DNA of 50,791 bases from a virus, in UHGV virus genome UHGV-0205652. The stretch is one strand, 5' to 3'. How positions within the stretch are numbered: the first letter of the stretch is position 1; each line of letters opens with the position of its first letter. The notes below the pieces were generated by a model that was not told the DNA's origin, made no database searches, and worked only from the letters and a program-made list of their open reading frames with translations. Positions 37,821 to 46,462 of the stretch are shown one piece after another. A program made the position numbers and the translations under genes.

Positions 37821-38423
37821 TTATTCCTTAGATAAGTCGTCCATTAGTTCTGATAGCTGACTAGCTGTCTTATTCGGCTGAACATCATCAAGACCGTATG
37901 CTTGGCGCTCAAGCCCAACCAAGTTTTTGAGTGTTTCACTTAATGCTTTGGCTGACTTAACGCGCTCAGGGAGAGATATGATTGAATGATAAATTTCATT
38001 GAGTTTGTCGCGTCCGTTATCATCAGGATTAAACATTAACTCGCCAAGCTTTCTTAAGGCTGGCACATCAGCACATTCAGCAGATAGTTCATCAAATAAG
38101 TTATTAGTTAATTCTCTAGCCCTTCGAATATCACCTCTATGCTCCATGCGGACATTAGCGATAACCTCGGCATTAGCCTCAATAAGTTGCCGTTCTGAAA
38201 TAGCCTTTTCGGTGGCAACCAGACTGGCAACCTCCCTTTTGGCAACCAAGTTTTCAGCCCTAGCTTTAACCTTTGCCTTTAGATCTCGCTCCCATCCTTC
38301 TTTCTTGGCGCGCTTACTTATCGCCTGATGGGTTATCTCGTATTGAGAGGCTATTTCCCTTATGGACATCACGCCAGCTCGGTAAGCCGACTCGATGGCC
38401 TCCCAATCTGGTCTTTTAGCCAT
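37821..38423 (-). CDS. terS: Terminase small subunit (HTH-containing)
   Basis: 'SIREIASQYEITHQAISKRAKKEGW' HTH. Start set at MAKRP (SD AGGAATG). Confidence 0.75.
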   Translation of the reverse strand: MAKRPDWEAIESAYRAGVMSIREIASQYEITHQAISKRAKKEGWERDLKAKVKARAENLVAKREVASLVATEKAISERQLIEANAEVIANVRMEHRGDIRRARELTNNLFDELSAECADVPALRKLGELMFNPDDNGRDKLNEIYHSIISLPERVKSAKALSETLKNLVGLERQAYGLDDVQPNKTASQLSELMDDLSKE

Positions 38424-38433
38424 ATCCATTCCT

Positions 38434-38571
38434 TTAAATTTCTTTAAACACAATTTCTTTCTTGTAGCAGAGCTTCACTAACCAAATGCTGTTAATTAAA
38501 GCGCCGATAATAAACAATGGATACATATAACGGCGCAGTGTCATTTTGTAATGCAGTGTTCCTGTTTTCAT
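38434..38571 (-). CDS. Small hydrophobic 45-aa ORF upstream of terS
   Basis: 'YPLFIIGALINSIWLV' TM-like. The stop overlaps the terS RBS. Uncertain. Confidence 0.25.
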   Translation of the reverse strand: MKTGTLHYKMTLRRYMYPLFIIGALINSIWLVKLCYKKEIVFKEI

Positions 38572-38601
38572 ATTCCACCCAATAAAAAAGGCCGCTAGGG
38601 C

Positions 38602-38760
38602 CTATTTGGTTTTCTGTTTGTTGACTAACTTGCCTAACTCGCGCTCGACGATTTCAGCAACTATCCGCCCCTCATCAACTCTGCCACAGTGTAAGTATTC
38701 AAGTGATTGCTGTAATTGACGATGGAGAGTATCTAGCCAGTCTTTTTCTTGTTTGGTCAC
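38602..38760 (-). CDS. Small 52-aa protein (GTG start, SD AAGGAG), followed by a terminator at 38582-38603
   Basis: GTGA overlap with the upstream stop. Hairpin AGGCCGCTAGGGCCT + T6 on the - strand. Confidence 0.4.
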   Translation of the reverse strand: MTKQEKDWLDTLHRQLQQSLEYLHCGRVDEGRIVAEIVERELGKLVNKQKTK

Positions 38761-38963
38761 GCCTTCTCCTTAGCAAATTTACTCGCCCACACTTTGGCAA
38801 TATGTAAGCAGTCGTCAAACATTCGCCCTTTTCTACTTGCTTGAGAGCTTCGGCGATAATGATCTACCGCCATGTAACTTGCTCTACGACAAACAGGTAA
38901 AGAAAAGCCGAGCTTTTTTAACTCGGCTAGTACGTTCTGCTCTATGAATTGTTCGTGGTTCAT
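38757..38963 (-). CDS. Hypothetical protein (68 aa)
   Basis: ORF coupled to the Bro-N gene. Confidence 0.5.
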   Translation of the reverse strand: MNHEQFIEQNVLAELKKLGFSLPVCRRASYMAVDHYRRSSQASRKGRMFDDCLHIAKVWASKFAKEKA

Positions 38964-39544
38964 GCCGGCTCTTCTCCATCTGGAAATTCGCCCATATCAG
39001 GTAAGGTTAATTGTGATAGTTCTTTAATTACCTTCTTCGCTTTGCGTATTTTCTTTAAGTGACGCTTGCGTAAATTCATTAAGTCACTACCTTTCCTGCC
39101 AAAGTTCTCGAACGACCAGTTATCGGCTGCCACTAATCTATTTTGCATTTCATTGATAGTCAGGCTTTTAAGCTCATTCATGTCAAGGTTTGCCAACCCC
39201 GTTTGTGGTTTTGACTCTTTTTCAGCTAGATCAAGTAACCATCGACGCAAGGATTTCGCTACATCTGTATTAGCTAACATTCCGATTAGATGCGCACCTC
39301 TAACAGAAAAGATCCTGACCTTTTTCTTACGTAAGTTGTTGTTTATTCCATTGGTCATTGTTTCAGTGACCATTGTCATATCATCAGAAAACTCGTCTTT
39401 GTTGGCGTTATATAGATTGGTTACTGACTTCTCATTTTTGTATTCGAGAAGCTTAGCCATCTGAGAGCTGGTAAACCAAATCTTATTATCACCATTATCA
39501 AATGGAGTAATTTCATTACCTTTGAAAACTAATGATTTGCTCAT
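38960..39544 (-). CDS. Bro-N/KilA-N-type DNA-binding protein (antirepressor-like) in the lysis-to-terminase moron slot
   Basis: N-terminal 'LVFKGNEITPFDNGDNKIWFTSSQMAKLLEY' resembles the Bro-N/prophage antirepressor fold. Basic C-terminus. Confidence 0.6.
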   Translation of the reverse strand: MSKSLVFKGNEITPFDNGDNKIWFTSSQMAKLLEYKNEKSVTNLYNANKDEFSDDMTMVTETMTNGINNNLRKKKVRIFSVRGAHLIGMLANTDVAKSLRRWLLDLAEKESKPQTGLANLDMNELKSLTINEMQNRLVAADNWSFENFGRKGSDLMNLRKRHLKKIRKAKKVIKELSQLTLPDMGEFPDGEEPA

Positions 39545-39965
39545 GGTGTAAATCCTTATAGAAAAGCGAACCTGTTCACCAGAAATAACCGCCCCACAGA
39601 AAACACCATTAACGGGATTTCTCAGGCTCGACTTTCTGTAAGGTTCTGTGAGTATTTTAATTGCGCGGTGAATGCGCCGGTGAAATGCGTGGAGTTCGCA
39701 GCTTAGCGATACACTGCTAAGCCACTTCTAGTCTGTTCCTAGCAGTCAAGATATGATCACTCTCCTTAATGGATAAACGACTTATCTAATTGCTGATATA
39801 TATATTTACTTAAGCTATACTAAGTAATTATCACTATACTTTGATTAATATCCTGTTAGTTTGCCCATGCACCCATGCTGGGCTTTTTTTATTCTTTTGG
39901 AATGCTTTTATCCAATTCTTCACGGAATTTAACTGGATTATCTGAACCTTCTACTGCCATGATAT

Positions 39966-39990
39966 TTCTCCATTAAAAAGCCTCTAATTA
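39966..39990 (-). terminator. Rho-independent terminator on the - strand (GAGCCTCTAAGTAATTAGAGGCT + TTTTTAA) after the 77-aa gene
   Basis: Perfect 9-bp stem read from the sequence. Confidence 0.45.
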
Positions 39991-40039
39991 CTTAGAGGCT
40001 CGTTGTTGTTCAATTTCCCGTATTGCTTTCCTGTCTAAG

Positions 40040-40273
40040 TCAATCTTTCCAAGTGATGGCTTTCACTGCCCACATTTGAGCATCCATGATGCGACGTATG
40101 GCTTCATTGTGGATCATTAACGATTCTTCTGATGTAGCTTTTTGCATGCTGTCCTGAATTAAATCAATTGTATCTGCTGCGTTTTGCTCTACAGCATCAA
40201 CAATTATATTTCCGCTAGGGTTGAAACTAATGCCTACTAGTTTTTGACCTAAAGTCTGACTCATTTTAAACAC
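40040..40273 (-). CDS. Hypothetical protein (77 aa) downstream of Rz
   Basis: Start overlaps the Rz stop. Confidence 0.5.
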   Translation of the reverse strand: MFKMSQTLGQKLVGISFNPSGNIIVDAVEQNAADTIDLIQDSMQKATSEESLMIHNEAIRRIMDAQMWAVKAITWKD

Positions 40274-40725
40274 TCCGTTCTAATGTAATCTTGTAGCCCT
40301 AATATCATTTGCTCTGACTGTGTAATTCGTTCTCTGAGTAACCAATAATTTCGGATAGCGGTGTCAGTAGGTCGGGCGGTGGTTGCATCATCCATGCTGG
40401 CGGTGGAAGTGGTGGTGCTTTTTGGACACTCGGCTTTGATGTACACCCTGTCAGGATTACGCTCAGCACTAACGCGCAACCTATCAATTTCATTCTTTGC
40501 ACTGGCTAACTCCTGAGTGTATTTAATATCGAGTTGATTTAGTCGAGTGATACGGGCTTGATAGTCTTTGTTGATTTCGACTTGTTGTGATAATTGAGTG
40601 GTTAGTTCAGCATTTGAATCTTTCAGCTTATCAATTCTGCCGCTCTGCCACTCAATAGTGATGATCATTGCCAAAATAACGCCCACGGACACTATTGTTT
40701 CGCCTAGATTCATAACAACAACCAA
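40261..40725 (-). CDS. Rz: i-spanin (Rz-like): N-terminal TM plus periplasmic coiled-coil
   Basis: 'VSVGVILAMIITI' TM then a coiled-coil. Position after the endolysin. Confidence 0.8.
   Translation of the reverse strand: MVVVMNLGETIVSVGVILAMIITIEWQSGRIDKLKDSNAELTTQLSQQVEINKDYQARITRLNQLDIKYTQELASAKNEIDRLRVSAERNPDRVYIKAECPKSTTTSTASMDDATTARPTDTAIRNYWLLRERITQSEQMILGLQDYIRTECLK
40305..40502 (-). CDS. Rz1: o-spanin (Rz1-like lipoprotein) fully embedded in a different frame of Rz
   Basis: Signal plus lipobox 'LSVILTGC'. Pro-rich mature part 'PPLPPPAWMMQPPPDLL'. Confidence 0.75.
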   Translation of the reverse strand: MQRMKLIGCALVLSVILTGCTSKPSVQKAPPLPPPAWMMQPPPDLLTPLSEIIGYSENELHSQSK

Positions 40726-41114
40726 GCATCTTCAAATACTTTCTGACTGTATGGCTGATACCCAAGCTCAACGCCAACAATCGCTGTAGCTAATGCGATA
40801 GCAACCGGTTTAGATGAAACGTTAATAGATTCATTTACACTAACGCCGATATCTTTAGCTGCGCGATTAATGTAGCCAGTAGTGTTGTTTTCATTTGGAG
40901 GAGCATACCGATCGATAATCGACTCGACAGTATTGAGTTCGTATTTATTTTGGTACGTCTGCAGTAATTTATAGATAGCCCGAATACCGTACTCAGGTGA
41001 TACAAATTGGCAGAAGCTCGGATCTGTTTGCTGTGGAGATAGTCCTTGCCATTTTGAACCATGCCGAATATTGCCCGGATTGTTATTGCGCTCACCGCGT
41101 GCTGGTCTACTCAC
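40710..41114 (-). CDS. Putative endolysin (small; phi6 P5/peptidase-U40-like 'NNPGNIR' motif), positional
   Basis: Between the holin and Rz. The motif recollection is uncertain. Confidence 0.5.
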   Translation of the reverse strand: MSRPARGERNNNPGNIRHGSKWQGLSPQQTDPSFCQFVSPEYGIRAIYKLLQTYQNKYELNTVESIIDRYAPPNENNTTGYINRAAKDIGVSVNESINVSSKPVAIALATAIVGVELGYQPYSQKVFEDAWLLL

Positions 41115-41416
41115 TTCTTACCCCCTGTAAACTTATCCCAGAAGAAATCCAATGCTAAAGAGCCAGCGGAACCACATAAGCCAGCCGTAAATAACGTGTA
41201 GTAGAATGAGGCGTTAAGCTCTATTGATATAAGACCACCCATCATTCCAGCAAAGCCAGATACGAACATTTGCATAATTGCTCCTACCCAGCTCCACCGA
41301 TAACCATTACGTTTATTGTCAATAATGTATCTAGCCAATCCGCCGTATAGGGATATAGCGAATATGACACCCCATGCGGTGGCACTGAATTTGTCTTTCT
41401 CGTCCATTCGTGTCAT
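41111..41416 (-). CDS. Holin (101 aa, 2-3 TM segments)
   Basis: 'WGVIFAISLYGGLA', 'WVGAIMQMFVSGFAGMMGGLI' and 'LFTAGLCGSAGSLAL'. First gene after pR'/tR'. Confidence 0.7.
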   Translation of the reverse strand: MTRMDEKDKFSATAWGVIFAISLYGGLARYIIDNKRNGYRWSWVGAIMQMFVSGFAGMMGGLISIELNASFYYTLFTAGLCGSAGSLALDFFWDKFTGGKK

Positions 41417-41751
41417 ACCGCCTCCTTTTTGGAGGAATTAGTTAATAGAACGCCGACTCACAGCTCTTGTGTGAGCGTGAGGTGTTGTGATTGATTCTGT
41501 GGTCGGCATATACGAAAAAAGACCGCCTAGGCGATCTTCAAAATGAGTTGTTCGGAATAACCGAATATGTGAACTATCCGGAAATTCCGGATGGTTGGAT
41601 TACCACAATGCAAATAAGCACTCTGGATAAATATCAATAACTTATTCCCTCGAATTCGGGGGAATTAAAATAGAAAGCCCCAAACGTATCGCAAACCAGA
41701 TTTCTCCGTTCTACGTAGCGGTTATGAGGGGCACTGTTCTGATTTCAGATA

Positions 41752-41845
41752 CAAAAAAGCCCGATATCTCTATCAGGCTTTCAGTGCTCTTTGTTTTACT
41801 GCCCGAGCATATCACAAACTATACACATAAAATTCGCATTTGCAA
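41752..41845 (-). promoter_or_regulatory. Late promoter pR' (TTGCAA-16-TATAGT; -35 at 41840-41845, -10 at 41818-41823) driving a roughly 60-nt 6S-like leader ending at a strong terminator (stem AAGCCTGATA/TATCGGGCTT + T6, 41755-41786); presumed Q-utilisation region
   Basis: Hexamers and hairpin read on the reverse complement. Lies between the Q-like gene and the holin, as in lambdoid phages. Confidence 0.5.
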
Positions 41846-41861
41846 TATATATTTTAAATAT

Positions 41862-42476
41862 TTATGAAATCAGACATAACTCCCTTTCTAATTCATGTTT
41901 CATTGCGTAAAACATCTCCTCTTCAAGAATGCTTTCCGCCCAGCCGATCCTCCTCACCGCTTGCTGTATGCTGATTTTAGTTTGATAACTCAATTCACGC
42001 GCCATCTTTTGCGGGTATTTGCGCTCACAATATCGTTTAATAGCTACATGACGAATCGGATTGTTTTTAGCAAATGTCTTCGTTATTACATTTTCTACAA
42101 AAGCGGCATCATCTGATTCTTTGGCGAGAGCAATGAGGTCGCTTATTTTATTTTTAGGATTTAATATCTCATGTGACTTTTTGAATAACTCCTCTCCTTG
42201 ATATCCCATTTTATACAAGTCTTTTACAACTTTTATTATTCTTTCCCCTTCTGTTTCGCTCCATTCCGTCCTAATCATTAATCGTCCAATGACACTATCT
42301 GACCCAGAATGAGGGTAGTCATTGCCACCGTACTCCTTTCCCCACGTCATTAGCATGTAGCGAACCCAGACTCGCTTACTGTCTAATGCGTTTTTTCGAT
42401 TAGAACCCCAAATCCGCCTTAATTCATTTTTACTTGAATAAAGAGACAGTAGATTGAACGGATCACATTCCCTCAT
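41862..42476 (-). CDS. Q: Putative late antiterminator Q (positional; 204 aa)
   Basis: Last gene of the nin block, immediately before pR'/tR'. No confident family motif recognised. Confidence 0.45.
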   Translation of the reverse strand: MRECDPFNLLSLYSSKNELRRIWGSNRKNALDSKRVWVRYMLMTWGKEYGGNDYPHSGSDSVIGRLMIRTEWSETEGERIIKVVKDLYKMGYQGEELFKKSHEILNPKNKISDLIALAKESDDAAFVENVITKTFAKNNPIRHVAIKRYCERKYPQKMARELSYQTKISIQQAVRRIGWAESILEEEMFYAMKHELERELCLIS

Positions 42477-42667
42477 CTCGCCTCCGGTAATACTGTGTGA
42501 TAATCATCATTCGCAGTTGTATATAAAACCCTGACACCATCCATCAGCCCGCTGACTACTTCCATATAGTTCATAATCTGCATTACACAGAAGTTAACTC
42601 GACCGCCTGATTTGGATTTTAAATATCTTGCTTCTTCAATAGCTGCGATTAAGTCAGTGAACATCAT
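42473..42667 (-). CDS. Hypothetical protein (64 aa)
   Basis: ORF overlapping neighbours by 4 and 14 nt. Confidence 0.5.
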   Translation of the reverse strand: MMFTDLIAAIEEARYLKSKSGGRVNFCVMQIMNYMEVVSGLMDGVRVLYTTANDDYHTVLPEAR

Positions 42668-43019
42668 CTATCTCCCATATCGTGATATCTAATGAGCCAT
42701 CTTTAACTTTTTCACCCCAGACAATCTTTATGCTTTTAAACATACTATCGTCAGCAATTACACCGCTTTGCGTCAGTGCGTCTAATGGGGCTTTAAGGAG
42801 GTTGTCTAAGTCACGTTTTCTTCGGTCTGGAGGGTTGGCAATAATCTTGATTTTTAACTTGCCAGATAGGTTGTACTGCTGATTTGCTTTGGTGATTTGA
42901 GTAATTACTGCATCGTTGAATTTTCTACCTTTCGTGCTTTTTACTTTTCTCCCCCTTGCTATTGTGTATAGATGATTTGTTTGCGGTGGCCACGGCAATT
43001 TTAAGTGATACTCGTTCAT
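42654..43019 (-). CDS. rusA: RusA Holliday-junction resolvase
   Basis: 'LPWPP..N' and 'PDRRKRDLDNLLKA..DALT' parallel E. coli RusA. Confidence 0.85.
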   Translation of the reverse strand: MNEYHLKLPWPPQTNHLYTIARGRKVKSTKGRKFNDAVITQITKANQQYNLSGKLKIKIIANPPDRRKRDLDNLLKAPLDALTQSGVIADDSMFKSIKIVWGEKVKDGSLDITIWEIDDVH

Positions 43020-43306
43020 ACCTTAATCTTACCCTCCTTGATGAGAATATCCTGAGTACGAATAACGCCTTCTAAATGACATTGCTTTGCGTATTCCGCG
43101 TCAGTACTTCGTGTCCTTCGGTCTATTTCATCGTGACAAGCACTACATGCCCACGCACCAAAAATATCATTAGGTTTTATTCCAGTACCGCAAATGCCAG
43201 ACATTCGATAATGAGCTAAGACGACAGTTTCAGAATTACCGTTACATACACCCGGTATTCTAATTTGGCATTCACGGCCTCGAGCTTCTTTGCGTAAGTT
43301 CGCCAT
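43016..43306 (-). CDS. YbcO-like protein (DUF1364), putative nuclease
   Basis: 'LRKEARGRECQIRIPGVCNGNSETVVLAH...CSACHDEIDRR' closely parallels DLP12 YbcO. Confidence 0.8.
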   Translation of the reverse strand: MANLRKEARGRECQIRIPGVCNGNSETVVLAHYRMSGICGTGIKPNDIFGAWACSACHDEIDRRTRSTDAEYAKQCHLEGVIRTQDILIKEGKIKV

Positions 43307-43421
43307 CTCCCTCTCCTTTTATTTTATCCATCACTTCCAAATGAGCGTATTCATCAGCACACTGAGCACACACGTAAACCTCATCATCTGTTAGTTGTCT
43401 ATTGCATGATTGGCAGTTCAT
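43251..43421 (-). CDS. Small Cys4 zinc-ribbon ORF (about 56 aa) between the nuclease genes (NinE-like position)
   Basis: 'CQSCNRQ...CAQCADE'. ATGA overlap with the upstream stop. The 3' end overlaps ybcO in another frame, so the extent is uncertain. Confidence 0.25.
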
Positions 43422-43915
43422 TGAACAACTCCCTTCGGTATTCCTTCATATATTTCATGTAAGTGACCACGAATTTGTAACCTACGAAGGGCGCTATACA
43501 TGTGATCACACTCGGCCTGTTTGTTTGCATTAAATGGTTTTCTGTCATGCCAATATGTATTGGGAGGCCAGCCATGAACCTTGAAAACTCTTTTCCCTTT
43601 CACGTGCAAAAGCCCCCACCCATCAGGTAAGTCTTCTGGTTTAATGACATCTGGAGGTGATATGAAAAACCGCCAATCACCCATACCCCTATCAGGATCT
43701 ACTCGAAAATGTTTTTTCTTATCAGCAAGGAAATCTGAACGACTCACTTTCGCTTCTAATAAGCAACTAACCCCACATCTAAACCCAATTGCATCTGGTT
43801 GCTCGCCAGTTCCATTTCTAGACTGAAACTTGTCACCAAAGGCAACCTTGAATCCATTACTTTGCAGAAATTTGATAGCTATTTCACATAGGTCATCATG
43901 GGTTAACTCGCTCAC
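43418..43915 (-). CDS. PD-(D/E)XK-superfamily nuclease-fold protein (nin region)
   Basis: 'PDAIGF' ... 'LLEAKVSRSDF' matches the D...(D/E)xK catalytic arrangement. Confidence 0.5.
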   Translation of the reverse strand: MSELTHDDLCEIAIKFLQSNGFKVAFGDKFQSRNGTGEQPDAIGFRCGVSCLLEAKVSRSDFLADKKKHFRVDPDRGMGDWRFFISPPDVIKPEDLPDGWGLLHVKGKRVFKVHGWPPNTYWHDRKPFNANKQAECDHMYSALRRLQIRGHLHEIYEGIPKGVVQ

Positions 43916-44358
43916 ACCCTCACCTCACTCAATAATGAATCAAACTTCATCAACATCGGATTACCCATGCCTGAGACATCAGCCTTGTCGACAAACTTTA
44001 ATCTGCACTTAAAGTCATCATCTTGTTGCTTTGGCTGTTTTGGTTCTGTCTCCTTGGCCTTTTTAATCTTAGGGAAAACCGGTAAATTGGCTCGGCGCTC
44101 TCTTTCAAATTGCATTCTCAGTCGAGTAATTGCGTCATCTTTAACAGCGTAGTTGCGGATCATTTTGGTACCAGACCCTCTTTCGCTACTAACCTCTCGG
44201 ATACATTTAAATTCAAGTAGTTTTCTGATAACTGTTCCTGAACGGTGAGGAGTTAAGCCAACTACCGATGAGATAGTTTTATGGTTGAATGATGTAAATT
44301 CGCGAACTGCTACTATTACATTTGCATAGTTTTTGTATTGTTCGTCAGTCATGATCAT
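43912..44358 (-). CDS. Hypothetical protein (148 aa), possible wHTH
   Basis: ORF only. Confidence 0.55.
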   Translation of the reverse strand: MIMTDEQYKNYANVIVAVREFTSFNHKTISSVVGLTPHRSGTVIRKLLEFKCIREVSSERGSGTKMIRNYAVKDDAITRLRMQFERERRANLPVFPKIKKAKETEPKQPKQQDDDFKCRLKFVDKADVSGMGNPMLMKFDSLLSEVRV

Positions 44359-44473
44359 TTCCTGTTTAAGTTGTAGCGGTTAATATGCTCACGGCGACTT
44401 TCTTCGATAAATCGAACCAATTTCTGAGCCTCCTCTAACTTCTCGTCATATTGCTTTAACTTTTCTTCTAGCG

Positions 44474-44704
44474 TCATTTATCAGTCTCCATCTCACTAAC
44501 CATCCGTTCCATATACCAGCGTGCTTTTTTCAAATCTTCGACTGGATTAATTTTCTTTTCGTATCGCCAGACATACTTTTGAATATTGCCTTTGAGATAG
44601 CCAAGAAACGCTTCCTTGGTCATACTGGCTTTAATGGCATCGATGCACTCGATATCACCTGATGCGTAGTGTGGTGGGTTGTTTACGTTGTCTGTCATAG
44701 TCAT
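44474..44704 (-). CDS. DUF3310-family protein
   Basis: 'NPPHY..GDIE.ID' and 'GN..KY..R' recalled for DUF3310. Confidence 0.55.
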   Translation of the reverse strand: MTMTDNVNNPPHYASGDIECIDAIKASMTKEAFLGYLKGNIQKYVWRYEKKINPVEDLKKARWYMERMVSEMETDK

Positions 44705-45147
44705 TACTCCCTGTGACCGTAGTAGTTGTATTCATAACGAGTTGTACGCAGTTTTACGCCACTTTGTACCGCCCAAGCTGTCGAGTATTCAATTAAGCTA
44801 CTCATGCGCTTCTTCCCCATTTGAGACGTGCTCTCGCGTATGTTTAATAGCTCACCTTCAATTCCCCTAATTAACGGTGACTCCTTCGCTCCTGTAGTAA
44901 CCATCCAGTGGCCAGAAACAAAGACATTCTTCCACTGCCATAATTTCAGCGGTTCATTGTTGAGTGTCATTTGCTTTGATACATCACCACATAGCGCATG
45001 GAACATGTCGTTCTGCGGTAGTGTTCGGCTGGATTCTGAGATTTTTACTTCTAGGGGGAATTCTTCGTTGAGGGGTAAATTATCTAGTACGGCTTTAAGG
45101 TTTTTTAGTATCTGGGTATTCCTGAGTAGGAATGTTTGCTTCTGCAT
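44704..45147 (-). CDS. ninB: NinB (Orf) recombination mediator
   Basis: 'LPQNDMFHALCGDVSKQ' vs lambda NinB 'LDQNRKLWACLGDVSRQ'. Same length class. Confidence 0.85.
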   Translation of the reverse strand: MQKQTFLLRNTQILKNLKAVLDNLPLNEEFPLEVKISESSRTLPQNDMFHALCGDVSKQMTLNNEPLKLWQWKNVFVSGHWMVTTGAKESPLIRGIEGELLNIRESTSQMGKKRMSSLIEYSTAWAVQSGVKLRTTRYEYNYYGHRE

Positions 45148-45298
45148 TATTCCTCCTGTACTTAATGTTATATCTCCATAAGGTCATGCCACATCGAGAG
45201 CAAAAGAAATATGATCCGTCATTACAGCAGTTTTCTTGCTTTTCGAATTTATGACCAGTGAAAAAACATCTGATTGTTGTGATTGCTGAAATGCTCAT
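45095..45298 (-). CDS. Small Cys-rich protein (67 aa)
   Basis: 'CCNDGSYFFCSRCGM'. The 3' end overlaps ninB. Confidence 0.4.
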   Translation of the reverse strand: MSISAITTIRCFFTGHKFEKQENCCNDGSYFFCSRCGMTLWRYNIKYRRNNAEANIPTQEYPDTKKP

Positions 45299-45314
45299 TT
45301 CTTATCACTCACTG

Positions 45315-45563
45315 TTAGCCCCCTTGAATTTCTGAATATGCCTCAATCCAGTATCTAGCTTCTTGGATCCATTCTTTTTTCTTTTTGCGGATTTGTCTTT
45401 TAGTTGGTTTGCTTGGGAATTTATAGTGTTCCTCAATCCAACCTACATTTATTTTCAACATCCAAAATCTGCTATTCGCATTGAAGTTAACGTAATAGAC
45501 CATGACTTCTACTGGATCACTCACCGTTAGCTCTCCAATATGATGAAACCCTGACACCAACAC
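45315..45563 (-). CDS. Hypothetical protein (82 aa)
   Basis: ORF only. Confidence 0.5.
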   Translation of the reverse strand: MLVSGFHHIGELTVSDPVEVMVYYVNFNANSRFWMLKINVGWIEEHYKFPSKPTKRQIRKKKKEWIQEARYWIEAYSEIQGG

Positions 45564-45641
45564 TTAGGGCACATTGAGTTTTTGAATTCAGGCGGATGCA
45601 GTCTTTCACTTTTGAGATGGATATGACCACACCCTACACAT

Positions 45642-45839
45642 TTAATTTTCACTGTTAGCTCTCCTGTTCCATGCTGCGATTGCCATAGCTATTTTACCTT
45701 TCCCAATCATTTGAGCTGATTGTGCATCGCAATTATGACAACGCACTATCGCTGAACGATCAGGGCAATCTTCTTCATACTGACAAAAAGCTTCTACGTT
45801 ATTACTCCCGCAAAACGGGCATTTCTTGAGTTCGTTCAT
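45642..45839 (-). CDS. lar: Lar-family restriction-alleviation protein (zinc ribbon)
   Basis: 'CPFCGS' ... 'CHNCDA' ... 'AIAAWNRRA' matches the Lar family signature as recalled. Confidence 0.6.
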   Translation of the reverse strand: MNELKKCPFCGSNNVEAFCQYEEDCPDRSAIVRCHNCDAQSAQMIGKGKIAMAIAAWNRRANSEN

Positions 45840-45932
45840 ACTACAACTCCCACCATTGATATTTTTGCTTAGCTTGTAAAATTAGCTCTTGCCAAATTGC
45901 TACGGCTTCTAGTTTTAATCTGCGATCGTCCA

Positions 45933-46190
45933 TCATTCACCCTCTGGCATTGGTGGGAGTAGTAAAGGCATCCAGTGCGTTATTGGGTAATTATCATCTT
46001 CAATAAACTCATCACTATCGCTGATAAAATGACTGTAAGAACGCGACCAAATCCAACCTTCTCCACATGTATCAGAACGCATGAAAACGTGGTATACAAA
46101 CTCCCCATTACCTCTGAACCATCCAGCAAATACTGGCGCGTCTAGTTCTGGCAATGTCTCACTACACTTAACCCAATTAGTTCCCTGCAT
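45933..46190 (-). CDS. Hypothetical protein (85 aa)
   Basis: ORF only. Confidence 0.5.
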   Translation of the reverse strand: MQGTNWVKCSETLPELDAPVFAGWFRGNGEFVYHVFMRSDTCGEGWIWSRSYSHFISDSDEFIEDDNYPITHWMPLLLPPMPEGE

Positions 46191-46450
46191 TAGATAGCCC
46201 CCTTCCTTACTGTTACTTTTAGCTGTAACGCTTTAAATTTCGCCATTCTAGACGCGTTTTCAATATCATTGATTCTCTGATACGCCTTTCCTCTCGGCCT
46301 ATGCTTATCAGCTGCCAATTCAAGCTCAAAAAATATTGAGTCTGTTTTATCTCTGAAATATTTAACGTTGGCATGAATATATCGACCCGCTATGAATCTA
46401 CCTTGGCGTAAGTACGCTTTATTCAGCTCTGTTAACGTTGTTCCTTTCAT
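46190..46450 (-). CDS. Hypothetical protein (86 aa)
   Basis: ORF coupled to neighbours. Confidence 0.5.
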   Translation of the reverse strand: MKGTTLTELNKAYLRQGRFIAGRYIHANVKYFRDKTDSIFFELELAADKHRPRGKAYQRINDIENASRMAKFKALQLKVTVRKGAI

Positions 46451-46462
46451 CTGGAAATCCCT

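Noticed and set aside
39640-39740. Possible tRNA or other structured RNA gene in the GC-richer segment (GGAGTTCGCAGC resembles a T-arm)
   Set aside because: No acceptor stem, anticodon arm or GTTCGAATCC-type T-loop could be assembled by eye. Left as an unexplained structured region pending a tRNAscan or Rfam scan.
44355-44477. 40-aa ORF (MTLEEKLKQYDEKLEEAQKLVRFIEESRREHINRYNLNRK) bridging two nin genes with ATGA overlaps at both ends
   Set aside because: Plausible coupled mini-gene, but too short to support without comparative evidence.
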